Notes: a model not told the origin generated them from the letters alone. Shown: positions 1 through 9,774, counted from the stretch's first letter. The stretch: DNA of 32,000 nt from Methanococcus maripaludis (GCF_002945325.1 NZ_CP026606.1:390001-422000), one strand, 5' to 3'. Program-made: numbers and translations.

Positions 1-362
1 GAAAGCAAGTTTATTATTGACTCTTCGGTAATAAACGGCATGTCGCAGGGAACCAAAAAAACCCATTGAGATTTTGTATTCAACATTCCAGAAAGCATTC
101 CAATTAACGGACCCATTCCAGGCACAAAATCCCAAGTAATAGTCTGATGATATTTTTTATAGTAATAGAGCTGTTTTTCAATTTCTTCTTCGGGTTTTTC
201 CATAAATCGAGGGTTTTTAAACACCGTAACGAATGGAATTTCCATTTCAATTAACATGTCTGCAATATTTTCTATTAAATATTTGTTACCCGATTTTCTA
301 AAGGATTTTTCGCCACCCATACGCTCTGCCTTTCCACCGGATAAAATAATTGCTGATATCAT
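1..362 (-). CDS. mobA: Molybdenum cofactor guanylyltransferase (MobA-like nucleotidyltransferase), C-terminal part outside window
   Basis: Not in ORF track (partial). Reverse strand from ATG at 362 reads MISAIILSGGKAERMGG...K...GPLVGML..VPCDMPFIT..; the LSGGxxxRMGG and PCDMPF motifs are typical of MobA. Confidence 0.85.
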   Translation of the reverse strand, partial: MISAIILSGGKAERMGGEKSFRKSGNKYLIENIADMLIEMEIPFVTVFKNPRFMEKPEEEIEKQLYYYKKYHQTITWDFVPGMGPLIGMLSGMLNTKSQWVFLVPCDMPFITEESIINLL

Positions 363-472
363 AATTGTCCCAATTTTAATTAGTGATTTTGACAAGATTT
401 ATATACTCTTTTATTTATACTTGTTGTGATAATCTTTGCGATTGGATGTATTGAAACAAATTTGGTGAAACA

Positions 473-1159
473 ATGGAAAAAGGAAAACTCGTAAAAATTT
501 CATACGAAGGATATGTCGATGAAAACTTGTTTGATACGACAAACGAAGAATTAGCTAAAGAAAAAGGAATTTTCAACCCAAACATGGTTTATGGCCCTGT
601 TACAATTTCCGCTGGAGAAAAAATGTTAATCCCTGGACTCGACGGCGCTATTATGGAAATGAACGTTGGAGAAGAAAGAGAACTTGATTTAACAGCTGAA
701 AATGCTTTTGGTAAAAGAGATCCTTCACAAGTAAAAATCGTTCCAATGAAAGAGTTTAAAAAACATAAAGTAAACCCAATCCCAGGAATGCCTGTAAATA
801 TCGACAACAAAATTGGAAAAGTTGTAAGTGCAAACGGTGGAAGAATATTAGTTGACTTCAACCACGAACTCGCAGGAAAAGACTTGAAATACAAATTAAA
901 AATAGAAGAAGTTGTAGAAGCTCCTGAAGCTGTTGCTTTAGAAGTTGCAAAATTATTCATCCCAAGAATTTCAGAAGCAGATTTAAAAATAACCATTGAC
1001 GGAGAAAATGTAACATTAGATCTCCCTGAAAACACAGCATTTATGCAAAACCTTCAAATGGTTAAAATGGGAATTTCAAACGAATTGATCAAAAGATTAG
1101 AAGCTAAAAAAGTTTCATTTATTGACAACTTCGTTAAAAAAGCAGAAAAAACAGAATAA
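473..1159 (+). CDS. FKBP-type peptidyl-prolyl cis-trans isomerase (long archaeal type, SlyD-like)
   Basis: GKLVKISYEGYVDENLFDTT...LIPGLDGAIMEMNVGEERELDLTAENAFGKRD...VDFNHELAGKDLKY; TGGTGA ribosome-binding site upstream of ATG. Confidence 0.93.
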   Translation: MEKGKLVKISYEGYVDENLFDTTNEELAKEKGIFNPNMVYGPVTISAGEKMLIPGLDGAIMEMNVGEERELDLTAENAFGKRDPSQVKIVPMKEFKKHKVNPIPGMPVNIDNKIGKVVSANGGRILVDFNHELAGKDLKYKLKIEEVVEAPEAVALEVAKLFIPRISEADLKITIDGENVTLDLPENTAFMQNLQMVKMGISNELIKRLEAKKVSFIDNFVKKAEKTE

Positions 1160-1291
1160 TTAAAATTAAATAATATCTTCTTTTTTTAAATTATTATCAG
1201 CGTCATTTCAAATAGTAACTTTTTTAAATTACGGTATCCATAGATAATGTAAACGTTGCCCCTTAACCACAATTAAAACTTCGTGATAACC

Positions 1292-2185
1292 ATGGAAGAC
1301 CGATACGGAAGACAGATACGCTCTTTTAGACTTTCAGTAACCCCTAAATGTAATTTAAAATGTTTTTACTGCCATAAAGAAGGTAGAAATGAAGAACACG
1401 GCAAATTAATGAGTGCCGATGAAATTGGAAAAATTGTAAATTCTTCATTAGAATTTGGAGTTAGAAAAATCAAAATTTCTGGTGGAGAACCGCTTTTAAG
1501 AACAGATTTGCCCGAAATTATATCTTATATCAAAAATGAACAGATAAAAGACATTTCATTAACTACAAATGGAATTCTACTTGAAAAATATGCGCAAAAA
1601 TTAAAAGATGCAGGACTTGATAGAGTAAACGTGAGTTTAGATACTCTGGATCCTGAACAGTACAAAAAAATTACTGCTGGCGGAAATATCGAAAGCGTGA
1701 AAAAAGGAATAGAAAAAGCTATTGAAGTAGGTTTAACTCCATTAAAAGTTAATTTTTTAGCGATGGACTGTACGGTAAACCAACTTCCCTCAATTATGGA
1801 TTACTGCAGAAAAGTTGGTGCAATACTCCAAATAATTGAATTTATTCCAATGGAAACTGAATTAAAACACCACCATGTAGATGTTGTTCCAATTGAAGAA
1901 GAATTTGCAAAAAATGCAGATAATGTATTTACAAGAAAGTTCATGCAGAACAGGAAAAAATATGTTATTGATGGATTAGAAGTTGAATTTGTTCGACCAA
2001 TGGACAATACTGAATTTTGCAATCACTGTACAAGAATAAGGCTTACTTATGACGGTTATTTAAAACCCTGCCTTTTAAGAGATGATAATTTAGTAGATGT
2101 CGCAAATCCTGTTAGAAATGGAGAAGATATTAGAAAATATTTCATAAAATGTATAAACGAAAGGGAACCGTTTTGCAAACCTTAA
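1292..2185 (+). CDS. moaA: GTP 3',8-cyclase MoaA (radical SAM)
   Basis: DRYGRQIRSFRLSVTPKCNLKCFYCHKEG, GGEPLLR, NVSLDTLD, C-terminal CNHCTRIRLTYDGYLKPCL. ORF track begins at GTG 1283; ATG at 1292 fits better with the upstream CGTGAT. Confidence 0.93.
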   Translation: MEDRYGRQIRSFRLSVTPKCNLKCFYCHKEGRNEEHGKLMSADEIGKIVNSSLEFGVRKIKISGGEPLLRTDLPEIISYIKNEQIKDISLTTNGILLEKYAQKLKDAGLDRVNVSLDTLDPEQYKKITAGGNIESVKKGIEKAIEVGLTPLKVNFLAMDCTVNQLPSIMDYCRKVGAILQIIEFIPMETELKHHHVDVVPIEEEFAKNADNVFTRKFMQNRKKYVIDGLEVEFVRPMDNTEFCNHCTRIRLTYDGYLKPCLLRDDNLVDVANPVRNGEDIRKYFIKCINEREPFCKP

Positions 2186-2193
2186 GTGAAATA

Positions 2194-2694
2194 ATGAAAA
2201 ATGCAGAGTATTTTATTAAAAAACTCGATTTAGAAAAACACCCTGAAGGAGGGTACTTCCGACGAATCTACCAATCAGACGAAATGGTTAACAAAAGTAA
2301 TCTACCTGAAAGGTATAATTCAGACCGGTTTTATTCTACTTCAATTTATTACCTTTTAAATGGAAACGATGTTTCAAAATTTCACCGCTTAAAATCTGAT
2401 GAAATATGGCACTACTATTTTGGAAATTCAGTAATTATTCATATTATCGATAATTTCGGAAATTATAGCTTAAAAAAATTAGGGTCTAATCTTGAAAAAA
2501 ATGAAAATTTTCAAGTAATCATTCCTAAAAATTCATATTTTGCAGCAGAAATTACTGAAAAAAACTCATTCGTAATCGTTGGATGCACGGTATCCCCAGG
2601 TTTTGATTTTGAAGATTTTGAACTTGCTTCAAAAAACGAATTACTAAAAAAATATCCAAAACACCACAAATTGATTGAAAAATTCTCTGATTAA
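2194..2694 (+). CDS. Cupin superfamily protein, DUF985-like
   Basis: LEKHPEGGYFRRIYQSD...RFYSTSIYYLLNGNDVSKFHRLKSDEIWHYYFGNSVIIHII...VGCTVSPGFDFEDFELA; ATG at 2194 lies 8 nt after the moaA stop. The track start at 2149 overlaps moaA. Confidence 0.85.
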   Translation: MKNAEYFIKKLDLEKHPEGGYFRRIYQSDEMVNKSNLPERYNSDRFYSTSIYYLLNGNDVSKFHRLKSDEIWHYYFGNSVIIHIIDNFGNYSLKKLGSNLEKNENFQVIIPKNSYFAAEITEKNSFVIVGCTVSPGFDFEDFELASKNELLKKYPKHHKLIEKFSD

Positions 2695-2767
2695 GTTTAA
2701 GCCACAATAGTAGAGTATTTATCGACAGAACTAAAATATATTATTATGAAGCGAATGGGTGAAAGCT

Positions 2768-4354
2768 ATGAAATCAATTCTAAAAAAAATAGGATGTATT
2801 TTAGTTGGAAGTACAGTATTATCTGCCTCCATCACGGCAGCTTACGCCTTGGAAAAATACGGAAATATCAATGATTTTATAGATGATGATTTAATAAAGA
2901 ATGGAAACCCTGAAGTTTATATTGTAGTTGGTGAAAACGCAGCTGCACTTGATGTAACCTCTGCAAACAAAATTTCTGCAAAAATAGGAACGCTTACATA
3001 CTCTGAAACGATTATCGAGGATGAATCTACAGTAGAATATCAAATTATTGGGGAATCTGAAAGTATTGATTTACTGGATGGAACTGATAAATTAGACAGC
3101 GCAGGTACTGAAAAATCATGGATTCTTGTTACTTCCGCAGATGATGACTATGCAGACCATTTTGATGATGACGAAGGAAACTCTTTTTCGTATTCTGGAT
3201 TTTCAGAAGCAGATCAAACCAAATCGTTAGGAAATTTTGGATATTTACTTGAAGTCGGGGATATAGATCCGGAAAATCATTTTGAATCTGATGACGATGC
3301 TGCAGAAATAGTTTTTGTAAGAATTACCGATTCAAACAAAAATGCGGGTTCCCAAAACTATGATATTGGAAAAGACATGGTTTATGCATCAATAGTATAT
3401 CCAAACCAGGTTTCTGCTTTTAAACTAACTAAAGATTTAAAAGAAGGTTACGAAATCCCATTTTTAGGTAAAAAATACCGCATCGTGCAAATTAATGAAG
3501 ATGATAATATAATATACCTTGGAACGGCATCATATGACGGAACGCTTGAACAGGGCAATTATATAAGTTCCGGAGATTACCAAATCGTTTTGGGGGAAAT
3601 TTTAGAAAGTGGAGATGAATACAGCGTTGAAATTTCGATATTGAGAAATGGAAACATAATTGAAGAACATACTGAAATTTTACGTTCAGATAAATCATTT
3701 TCAGTTATTGCAGGAGACCTTGGAGTTACAGTTCATGACGTATGGACAAATGCAGCTGCAGATACTGGCTACGCAGATATCACAATATGTAGATCGTTGA
3801 CTGAATTAGAACTTGGAGAAGAGTACGTGAATAACTGGGAAGTACGAGCAGTTACCAACACGGGCGGAACTATCGACTTTTTAAAAACTTATGAAGATAA
3901 TACCGTTGGAATTGCACTTGTATACGCTGGAAGCGATATTGAAGGAATAAATGACGGCGACAGAATCAAAATTGCAGATTATGTAAATTTGGTATTTGAT
4001 GACGAAGATGATCTTGATAAAATGGTTGCTGAATTTAAAGCAGAAAGAACAGTAACAACAGGATCAACCGGCGGAACTGTGATTTCAAAATCTGGAGAAG
4101 TTCCAAAAATAATTATGGATGACGAAATTAAACTTGATGAAGCGGATAAAAATTTAATATTGATCGGCGGCCCCGTTGCAAACAAACTAACAAAAGAATT
4201 ACAAAACGAAGGTAAAATTTATATCGACAATGAGAGCCCTGCAACAGCCTCATTAATTGAAGGTGCTGCAAATGGAAATAATGTCCTTGTAATTGCAGGT
4301 GGCGACAGATACAGTACGGAAAGTGCAGTATTATCTCTCATAAATCTTATTTAA
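2768..4354 (+). CDS. S-layer protein paralog (SlaB-like, divergent)
   Basis: Signal peptide MKSILKKIGCILVGSTVLSASITAAYA followed by an S-layer-like N-terminus (PEVYIVVGENAAALDVTSANKISAKIGTLTYSE) and a C-terminal module ILIGGPVANKLTKELQ...VLVIAGGDRYSTESAVLSLINLI. Confidence 0.85.
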   Translation: MKSILKKIGCILVGSTVLSASITAAYALEKYGNINDFIDDDLIKNGNPEVYIVVGENAAALDVTSANKISAKIGTLTYSETIIEDESTVEYQIIGESESIDLLDGTDKLDSAGTEKSWILVTSADDDYADHFDDDEGNSFSYSGFSEADQTKSLGNFGYLLEVGDIDPENHFESDDDAAEIVFVRITDSNKNAGSQNYDIGKDMVYASIVYPNQVSAFKLTKDLKEGYEIPFLGKKYRIVQINEDDNIIYLGTASYDGTLEQGNYISSGDYQIVLGEILESGDEYSVEISILRNGNIIEEHTEILRSDKSFSVIAGDLGVTVHDVWTNAAADTGYADITICRSLTELELGEEYVNNWEVRAVTNTGGTIDFLKTYEDNTVGIALVYAGSDIEGINDGDRIKIADYVNLVFDDEDDLDKMVAEFKAERTVTTGSTGGTVISKSGEVPKIIMDDEIKLDEADKNLILIGGPVANKLTKELQNEGKIYIDNESPATASLIEGAANGNNVLVIAGGDRYSTESAVLSLINLI

Positions 4355-4410
4355 AACATTTTTAATTTTTGCTGTTTTTAACTTTTTTAAATTATAAATT
4401 TTTTCCATTC
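4355..4410 (+). terminator. T-rich putative archaeal terminator after the S-layer paralog
   Basis: Successive T tracts (TTTTTAATTTTTGCTGTTTTTAACTTTTTTAAAT) directly after the stop. Confidence 0.35.
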
Positions 4411-4451
4411 AACGATAATTTTTTAAAACTTAAATCCATAATTATGATGAA

Positions 4452-4477
4452 AAGTATGGGGTGTAACACCCGTACTT
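4452..4477. promoter_or_regulatory. Dyad symmetry / potential operator or 5' UTR hairpin upstream of the HTH-cupin gene
   Basis: AAGTAT-G-GGGTG-TAA-CACCC-GTACTT: 11 base pairs (one G:T, one bulged G) around a TAA loop. Confidence 0.5.
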
Positions 4478-4504
4478 CTTAAAAAATATTAAATAGGGGA
4501 TAAA

Positions 4505-5083
4505 ATAACTGAAAAAAACCACGTTGGCATTAAAATTAAACAGATGCGAGAAGGACAGAACATGTCCATCGAAGAACTTGCACAAGAGAGTAATAGTAGC
4601 GTAAAACTCATCGAAAACCTTGAAAATGGAGATTTAATTCCGTCATTAACCCCTCTTTTCAAAATTGCAAGAGCTCTTGGAGTTAGACTCGGTACATTTT
4701 TAGACGATGCTCCTCAGAACGGACCCGTATTAACCAGATCTGGAAGTTCAGATAGTATCGTCAGATTTTCAGGAAAATTAGATGGAACCAAAGATAGTAA
4801 ATTAGATTTTTATGCACTTGCTGCTGAAAAACAAGATAGGCATATGGAACCATTCCTAATAGACGTTTATCCAATCGAATCTAATGAATACAAACTTTCT
4901 TCGCATGAAGGAGAAGAATTCATATATGTAATGGATGGAGAAATCGAAGTTATGTATGGTCAGGAAAAATACATGCTTAAAAAGGGCGACAGCATATACT
5001 ATGATTCAATAGTTCCACATGACTTACATGCATTTGGAAAAGATGTTGCAAAAATTCTTGCAGTAATATACTCACCATTCTAA
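4505..5083 (+). CDS. XRE-family HTH plus cupin domain transcriptional regulator
   Basis: HTH ([54 protein letters not shown]) and cupin ([38 protein letters not shown]). Track start is ATG 4544, but the HTH domain begins upstream; 4505 is a proposed non-AUG start (see findings). Confidence 0.88.
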   Translation: MTEKNHVGIKIKQMREGQNMSIEELAQESNSSVKLIENLENGDLIPSLTPLFKIARALGVRLGTFLDDAPQNGPVLTRSGSSDSIVRFSGKLDGTKDSKLDFYALAAEKQDRHMEPFLIDVYPIESNEYKLSSHEGEEFIYVMDGEIEVMYGQEKYMLKKGDSIYYDSIVPHDLHAFGKDVAKILAVIYSPF

Positions 5084-5105
5084 TCTTTAAAAATCGTGAT
5101 AAAAA

Positions 5106-5513
5106 ATGTTTAAAACAACTGTAACCCCCCGATTTGGCGATGTTGATGGGTTAAAACATGTAAACAACATCGTGCCTGCAATTTGGTTTGAACAGGCTAG
5201 AAATCCATTATTTGAAATATTCGTACCAGATTTCGATTTAAGCTACGAAAAATGGAATTTAATTATGGTAAGAACAGAATTCGACTTCGTAGGACAGATG
5301 TACCTTGGAATGGATGTTGAAATTAGATCTTACATTTCAAAAATTGGAAACTCGTCATTTACAATGTACCAAGAAGCATGGCAGAATGGCAAATTGGCAG
5401 TAAAAGGAAAAGCGGTTGCTGTTCACTATGATTTTGTAAATCAAAAATCAGTCCCAATACCAGATTCCATCAAAGAAAAGTTAAAAGAACATTTCATCGA
5501 AGGAATCGATTAA
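5106..5513 (+). CDS. Acyl-CoA thioesterase, 4HBT/hotdog family
   Basis: RFGDVDGLKHVNNIVPAIWFEQARNPLFEIF...; D-x-DxxxHVNN..Y/WFExAR hotdog signature. Confidence 0.88.
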   Translation: MFKTTVTPRFGDVDGLKHVNNIVPAIWFEQARNPLFEIFVPDFDLSYEKWNLIMVRTEFDFVGQMYLGMDVEIRSYISKIGNSSFTMYQEAWQNGKLAVKGKAVAVHYDFVNQKSVPIPDSIKEKLKEHFIEGID

Positions 5514-5533
5514 TTGTACGTGCGAGGTAAATT

Positions 5534-7183
5534 ATGCTTTTTACAAATAATACTATCGGAGAATTCTTTGAAAAGCAAGCTCAAAAAGATCCAGACAGGG
5601 AATTTCTAGTATATCCTGATAGAAATCTCAGATTTACATACAAAGAATTCGACGAAAGAACAGATCTCCTTGCAAAAGGCCTCTTAGAAATAGGAATTAA
5701 AAAAGGAGATCATATCGGAATATGGGCGAGAAATGTTCCAGACTGGCTTACATTCATGTTTGCAACTGCAAAAATAGGCGTTGTTTTAGTAACAGTAAAC
5801 ACTGCATATAAAAGCCACGAGCTTGCATACGTTATGAAACAGTCTGATATGAAAGCCCTTGCAATTATTGATAGTTTTAGGGATGTAAATTACCTCGAGA
5901 TACTCTATGAACTCGTTCCAGAATTAAAAACGAGTCAAAGAGGAAAATTAAATAGTGAAGAATTCCCATACCTAAAAAACGTAATCTACGTTGGGCAAGA
6001 AAAACACCGCGGAATGTACAATACAAATGAACTCATGCTTTTAGGAAAGTACGTTTCTGATGAAAAGCTGATTGAAGCTAAAAAAGGTCTGGATTCTGAT
6101 GATGTAATAAATATGCAGTATACTTCTGGAACCACGGGTTTTCCAAAAGGTGTGATGCTTACACATAAAAATATACTAAATAACGGGTATTACATCGGCG
6201 AAAAACAGAAATTTACAGAAGAAGAGCGATTATGTTTACCAGTACCTCTTTTTCACTGTTTTGGAATAGTTTTGGGCGTACTTGCACTTTTAACTCATGG
6301 TGGAACTCTTGTAATGCTTGAAATATTTGATCCATTACTTGTACTTGCAGCAATACAAAAAGAAAAATGTACTGCAGTTTATGGAGTTCCTACAATGTTT
6401 ATTGCTGAATTTTCACACCCAATGTTTGAAATGTTTGATCTTTCATCACTTAGAACGGGTATTATGGCTGGATCAACCTGCCCGATTGAAGCAATGAAAA
6501 AAGTAATGTCTGACATGTACATGCATGAAATTACTATTTCTTATGGCCTTACAGAAGCGTCACCAGTGTTTACAATGACCAGTGTTGACGATCCCTTTGA
6601 AAAACGGGTTGAATCAGTTGGAAAAGCAATGCCGCACTGTGAAGTAAAAATAATAGATCCTGAAACTGGAAAAACACTTGCTCCTGGAAACGTTGGAGAA
6701 ATCTGCTGTAGGGGCTATAATGTAATGAAAGGATATTACAAAATGCCTGAAAAAACTGCTGAAGTCATTGAAAAAGATGGATGGCTTCACAGCGGAGATT
6801 TAGCGGTTGAAGACGAAGATGGATACTATAAAATCGTTGGAAGAATAAAAGACATGATTATTCGTGGTGGAGAAAATATATACCCTCGAGAAATTGAGGA
6901 ATTTTTATATACCCTGCCTGGAATTAATGATGCACAAGTTGTTGGAATCCCTGATGAAAAATACGGTGAAATTGTTGGTGCATTTGTAATCCCTAAAGAA
7001 GGATACGAAATTAAAGAAGAAGATGTCAGGGACTTTGCACTTGAAAAAATTGCAAGATATAAAGTTCCAAAACACGTGTTCGTGGTAGAAGAATTCCCAA
7101 TGACCGCGAGCGGCAAAATACAGAAGTTTAAATTAACTGAACTTGCAGTTGAACTCTTGAAAAAGGAAAAAGAAGACTTATAA
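5534..7183 (+). CDS. AMP-forming acyl-CoA synthetase (ANL superfamily)
   Basis: [73 protein letters not shown], and C-terminal [10 protein letters not shown]. Confidence 0.95.
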   Translation: MLFTNNTIGEFFEKQAQKDPDREFLVYPDRNLRFTYKEFDERTDLLAKGLLEIGIKKGDHIGIWARNVPDWLTFMFATAKIGVVLVTVNTAYKSHELAYVMKQSDMKALAIIDSFRDVNYLEILYELVPELKTSQRGKLNSEEFPYLKNVIYVGQEKHRGMYNTNELMLLGKYVSDEKLIEAKKGLDSDDVINMQYTSGTTGFPKGVMLTHKNILNNGYYIGEKQKFTEEERLCLPVPLFHCFGIVLGVLALLTHGGTLVMLEIFDPLLVLAAIQKEKCTAVYGVPTMFIAEFSHPMFEMFDLSSLRTGIMAGSTCPIEAMKKVMSDMYMHEITISYGLTEASPVFTMTSVDDPFEKRVESVGKAMPHCEVKIIDPETGKTLAPGNVGEICCRGYNVMKGYYKMPEKTAEVIEKDGWLHSGDLAVEDEDGYYKIVGRIKDMIIRGGENIYPREIEEFLYTLPGINDAQVVGIPDEKYGEIVGAFVIPKEGYEIKEEDVRDFALEKIARYKVPKHVFVVEEFPMTASGKIQKFKLTELAVELLKKEKEDL

Positions 7184-7212
7184 TTTATATCTTTTTTATT
7201 AATTTTAGATTT

Positions 7213-8148
7213 ATGGTTAAGATTATGCAGTATGTCGATAAATCAAAAGAAGAATTTTTATCAGAAATTTACAGAATAGTTGCAAAAATAAGATTGGAAC
7301 TTGAACTTACTACCTCAGAAATCACCATTTCAGACTTTGAATTTAAAATGGATTCAGAAAATAGTAAAAATTTAATTTTAATGATATATACACCCACGAG
7401 AACAGATAAATCGTTATTAATAGGGCCTGGCGGATGGGTCGTTGGAAAATTAAGGGAAAAATTGAACGGTTCTTTTAAAGAAAATTTAATTATTCGAGTA
7501 GAAAGTTATATCGATAGAAAAAAAGAACTCGACGCTATTGAAAACTCAATATCCCATTTAAGAGAAAAAGGTTTGGATATTTCGTCCAAAAAAGATGCTT
7601 TAGTAATTATACAATGTGAATATGATCTTTCATCGATTGATTTTATAAATGAATATTTTAACCCAATTTTCATAACTTTTGACCTTGGAACTGCACTATT
7701 GCCTCATAAAAATAGAAACAGAATTGAACGGGTTTTTAAAGATAAAAATCTAAAATATGAATTTTTAAGCCCTTATCAATTAAATGGTGAACAGATAACT
7801 GATGCAATATCAAAAAACCCCTGTGAAATCATATGCAATGATTTAATTTCTGAAATGGTTAATTATGCAAAAAATAAAAATATTGAAGTTGTACTATTCA
7901 ATCATTTAAGCAGTGATTATGAATTTAGGAATGGTATTCACATACTAAATTTTTTAAAAATGTTTCCAATTAAGTTAAACTCGTTGATACACAAAGGTAG
8001 AAGTTTAGATTGTCCACTGTTGATACAATCATGTAAACGAAACAAAATAACGAAAACATTTAAAATAAAACAGATCGTTTCAGGTGTTTACAGCGGTCTT
8101 GTAGAACCTACTGAAGGTGCAGAAGAAATTATAAAATATTTGAAATAA
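7213..8148 (+). CDS. KH-domain protein with C-terminal PP-loop/HUP-like domain
   Basis: Type II KH-like segment LLIGPGGWVVGKLREKLN; C-terminal Rossmann-like region ending IVSGVYSGLVEPTEGAEEIIKYL. Confidence 0.65.
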   Translation: MVKIMQYVDKSKEEFLSEIYRIVAKIRLELELTTSEITISDFEFKMDSENSKNLILMIYTPTRTDKSLLIGPGGWVVGKLREKLNGSFKENLIIRVESYIDRKKELDAIENSISHLREKGLDISSKKDALVIIQCEYDLSSIDFINEYFNPIFITFDLGTALLPHKNRNRIERVFKDKNLKYEFLSPYQLNGEQITDAISKNPCEIICNDLISEMVNYAKNKNIEVVLFNHLSSDYEFRNGIHILNFLKMFPIKLNSLIHKGRSLDCPLLIQSCKRNKITKTFKIKQIVSGVYSGLVEPTEGAEEIIKYLK

Positions 8149-8167
8149 ATTTTAAAGAGTGAAAAAC

Positions 8168-9076
8168 TTGAACAACAAAAAAATATTTCTCTTTGAATTT
8201 ACGGTTGGAACAGGTCTCGTACCCGATGAACTCCTTGCTGAAGGTAAATTAATGTTTGATATTTTATTAAATCAATTTTTGGATGAGAAATATACTGTTA
8301 AAACAGTCCTGTGTGAAAAAATAGCTAAGAAATATCCAAAATACAATGAAATAAACAATTTAGAAATAATTGTATCTAACAATTACATAAATTCGTTTAA
8401 GGAAGGCCTAAATGATTCAGATTTTGCACTTGCAATTGCTCCAGAAGAAGACCTCATATTATACAATTTAACCGAATTAATCGAAGAAAGCGGTTGTTTA
8501 AATTTAGGTTGCGAAAAATCAGGCGTAAAAATTGCAGGAGACAAATTTCTAACATACGAAGCGATTAAAAATGCAGTAAATACTCCAAAAACATTTCCTG
8601 TTAAAAAATACGTTATCAAAAACAGGCTTGGATGCGACAGTACTCACGACACTTTTGATGAAAACTACATTGTTCAGGAATTTATTGAAGGCGAACCATA
8701 TTCAGTCATTTTTATTGCAAAAAATAAAAAATTTTACCCGGTATGCATGAATAAGCAGTACATTGAAGAGAGATACTGCGGGGGAGAAATAAATATTGAA
8801 CATACCTTAAAAGAAAAAGCAATTATTGAGTGCAAAAAAACCCTTAAAAAAATCGAAGGGATTAATGGATACGTTGGCGTAGATTTAATGATTAAGGGGG
8901 AAGAAATATCAATTCTAGAAGTAAATCCAAGAATTACAACCTCGATCTGCGGAATTAAATCAAAACCATCAATTGGAAAGCTTTTGATAGATAATGCGCT
9001 TGAAAAAGATATAAAATTTGAAGTGGAATCCTGTTTAAAATTTAAAAGAAATGATTTTGGATTTGAATTTTTATAA
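8168..9076 (+). CDS. mfnD: ATP-grasp enzyme, probable tyramine--L-glutamate ligase (methanofuran biosynthesis)
   Basis: IFLFEFTVGTGLVPDELLAEGKLMFDILLNQF..., ATP-grasp motifs VQEFIEGEPYSVIFI, GYVGVDLMIKGEEISILEVNPRITTS. Track begins at GTG 8159; GAGTGA followed by TTG at 8168 looks like the better start. Confidence 0.75.
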   Translation: MNNKKIFLFEFTVGTGLVPDELLAEGKLMFDILLNQFLDEKYTVKTVLCEKIAKKYPKYNEINNLEIIVSNNYINSFKEGLNDSDFALAIAPEEDLILYNLTELIEESGCLNLGCEKSGVKIAGDKFLTYEAIKNAVNTPKTFPVKKYVIKNRLGCDSTHDTFDENYIVQEFIEGEPYSVIFIAKNKKFYPVCMNKQYIEERYCGGEINIEHTLKEKAIIECKKTLKKIEGINGYVGVDLMIKGEEISILEVNPRITTSICGIKSKPSIGKLLIDNALEKDIKFEVESCLKFKRNDFGFEFL

Positions 9077-9140
9077 ATTTTTTTAAATTCTAAAAATTTA
9101 ACTATTTTAAAATACAGATATTTTTTTTGAGGGATAACTC

Positions 9141-9623
9141 ATGAAAACAGTAAACTCTGGAAAATGTCTTTCATTTTTTGTTGGAGAATTTAAATTAGAA
9201 GTTGAGTCTAAAAAGGCTGAAAAAATAGTTTATCTTGGTTCAAGGGGAGTTTGTTTTTCAATGGCCCAACTTTTTGGATATTCAATTAGAGATACCGTAA
9301 AAAATCAGTACTTTATACCTGATGCTGAAATTGAAAATTCTGTAGAATATGAACTTACAGATATTGGATACCGGTTTTTTGGACTCGAAAATAAAAAAAA
9401 TCTAGATAATCCGGATATTTTAGTAATACTGGGCGGAATTGCAACAAAGCATTCAAAAGCCACGATTGAAGAAATAACTGGATTAATTAAGAATTTGAAT
9501 CCCAAAATGGTTATAGGCATAAGTATTTGCAACGTATTTGATAAATCCGGATGGTTAGGAAAAATTAACTTTGATAGCTTAATAGATGGAACTCTTGAAC
9601 CCGTAGTGCTGCTGAAAAAATAA
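9141..9623 (+). CDS. DUF2124-like conserved archaeal protein
   Basis: VYLGSRGVCFSMAQLFGYSIRD...PDILVILGGIATKHSKATIEEI...VIGISICNVFDKSGW. Confidence 0.7.
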   Translation: MKTVNSGKCLSFFVGEFKLEVESKKAEKIVYLGSRGVCFSMAQLFGYSIRDTVKNQYFIPDAEIENSVEYELTDIGYRFFGLENKKNLDNPDILVILGGIATKHSKATIEEITGLIKNLNPKMVIGISICNVFDKSGWLGKINFDSLIDGTLEPVVLLKK

Positions 9624-9774
9624 ATAGGCTTTTTCAATATTTATCCCCGATATAACTGTTTTTAGGAAATTGCCCCGTTAAAATCGTTGTTTTTTTAAAT
9701 ATTCCCGTAATATGTATATATTATTTAAAAAAAAATAATTATATGTCAAAATTAAAATTATGCCGGGGTAAATT

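Noticed and set aside
589-1035. 148-aa minus-strand ORF antisense to the FKBP gene
   Set aside because: Low-complexity Ser/Phe-rich shadow ORF opposite a clear gene; no ribosome-binding site or recognisable domain.
4444-4512. Possible C/D-box sRNA (ATGATGA at 4444-4450 and CTGA at 4509-4512)
   Set aside because: No internal D'/C' pair with proper spacing, weak terminal stem, and the region is better explained as leader and start of the HTH-cupin gene.
9305-9637. 110-aa minus-strand ORF opposite the DUF2124-like gene
   Set aside because: Typical antisense shadow of a conserved coding frame.
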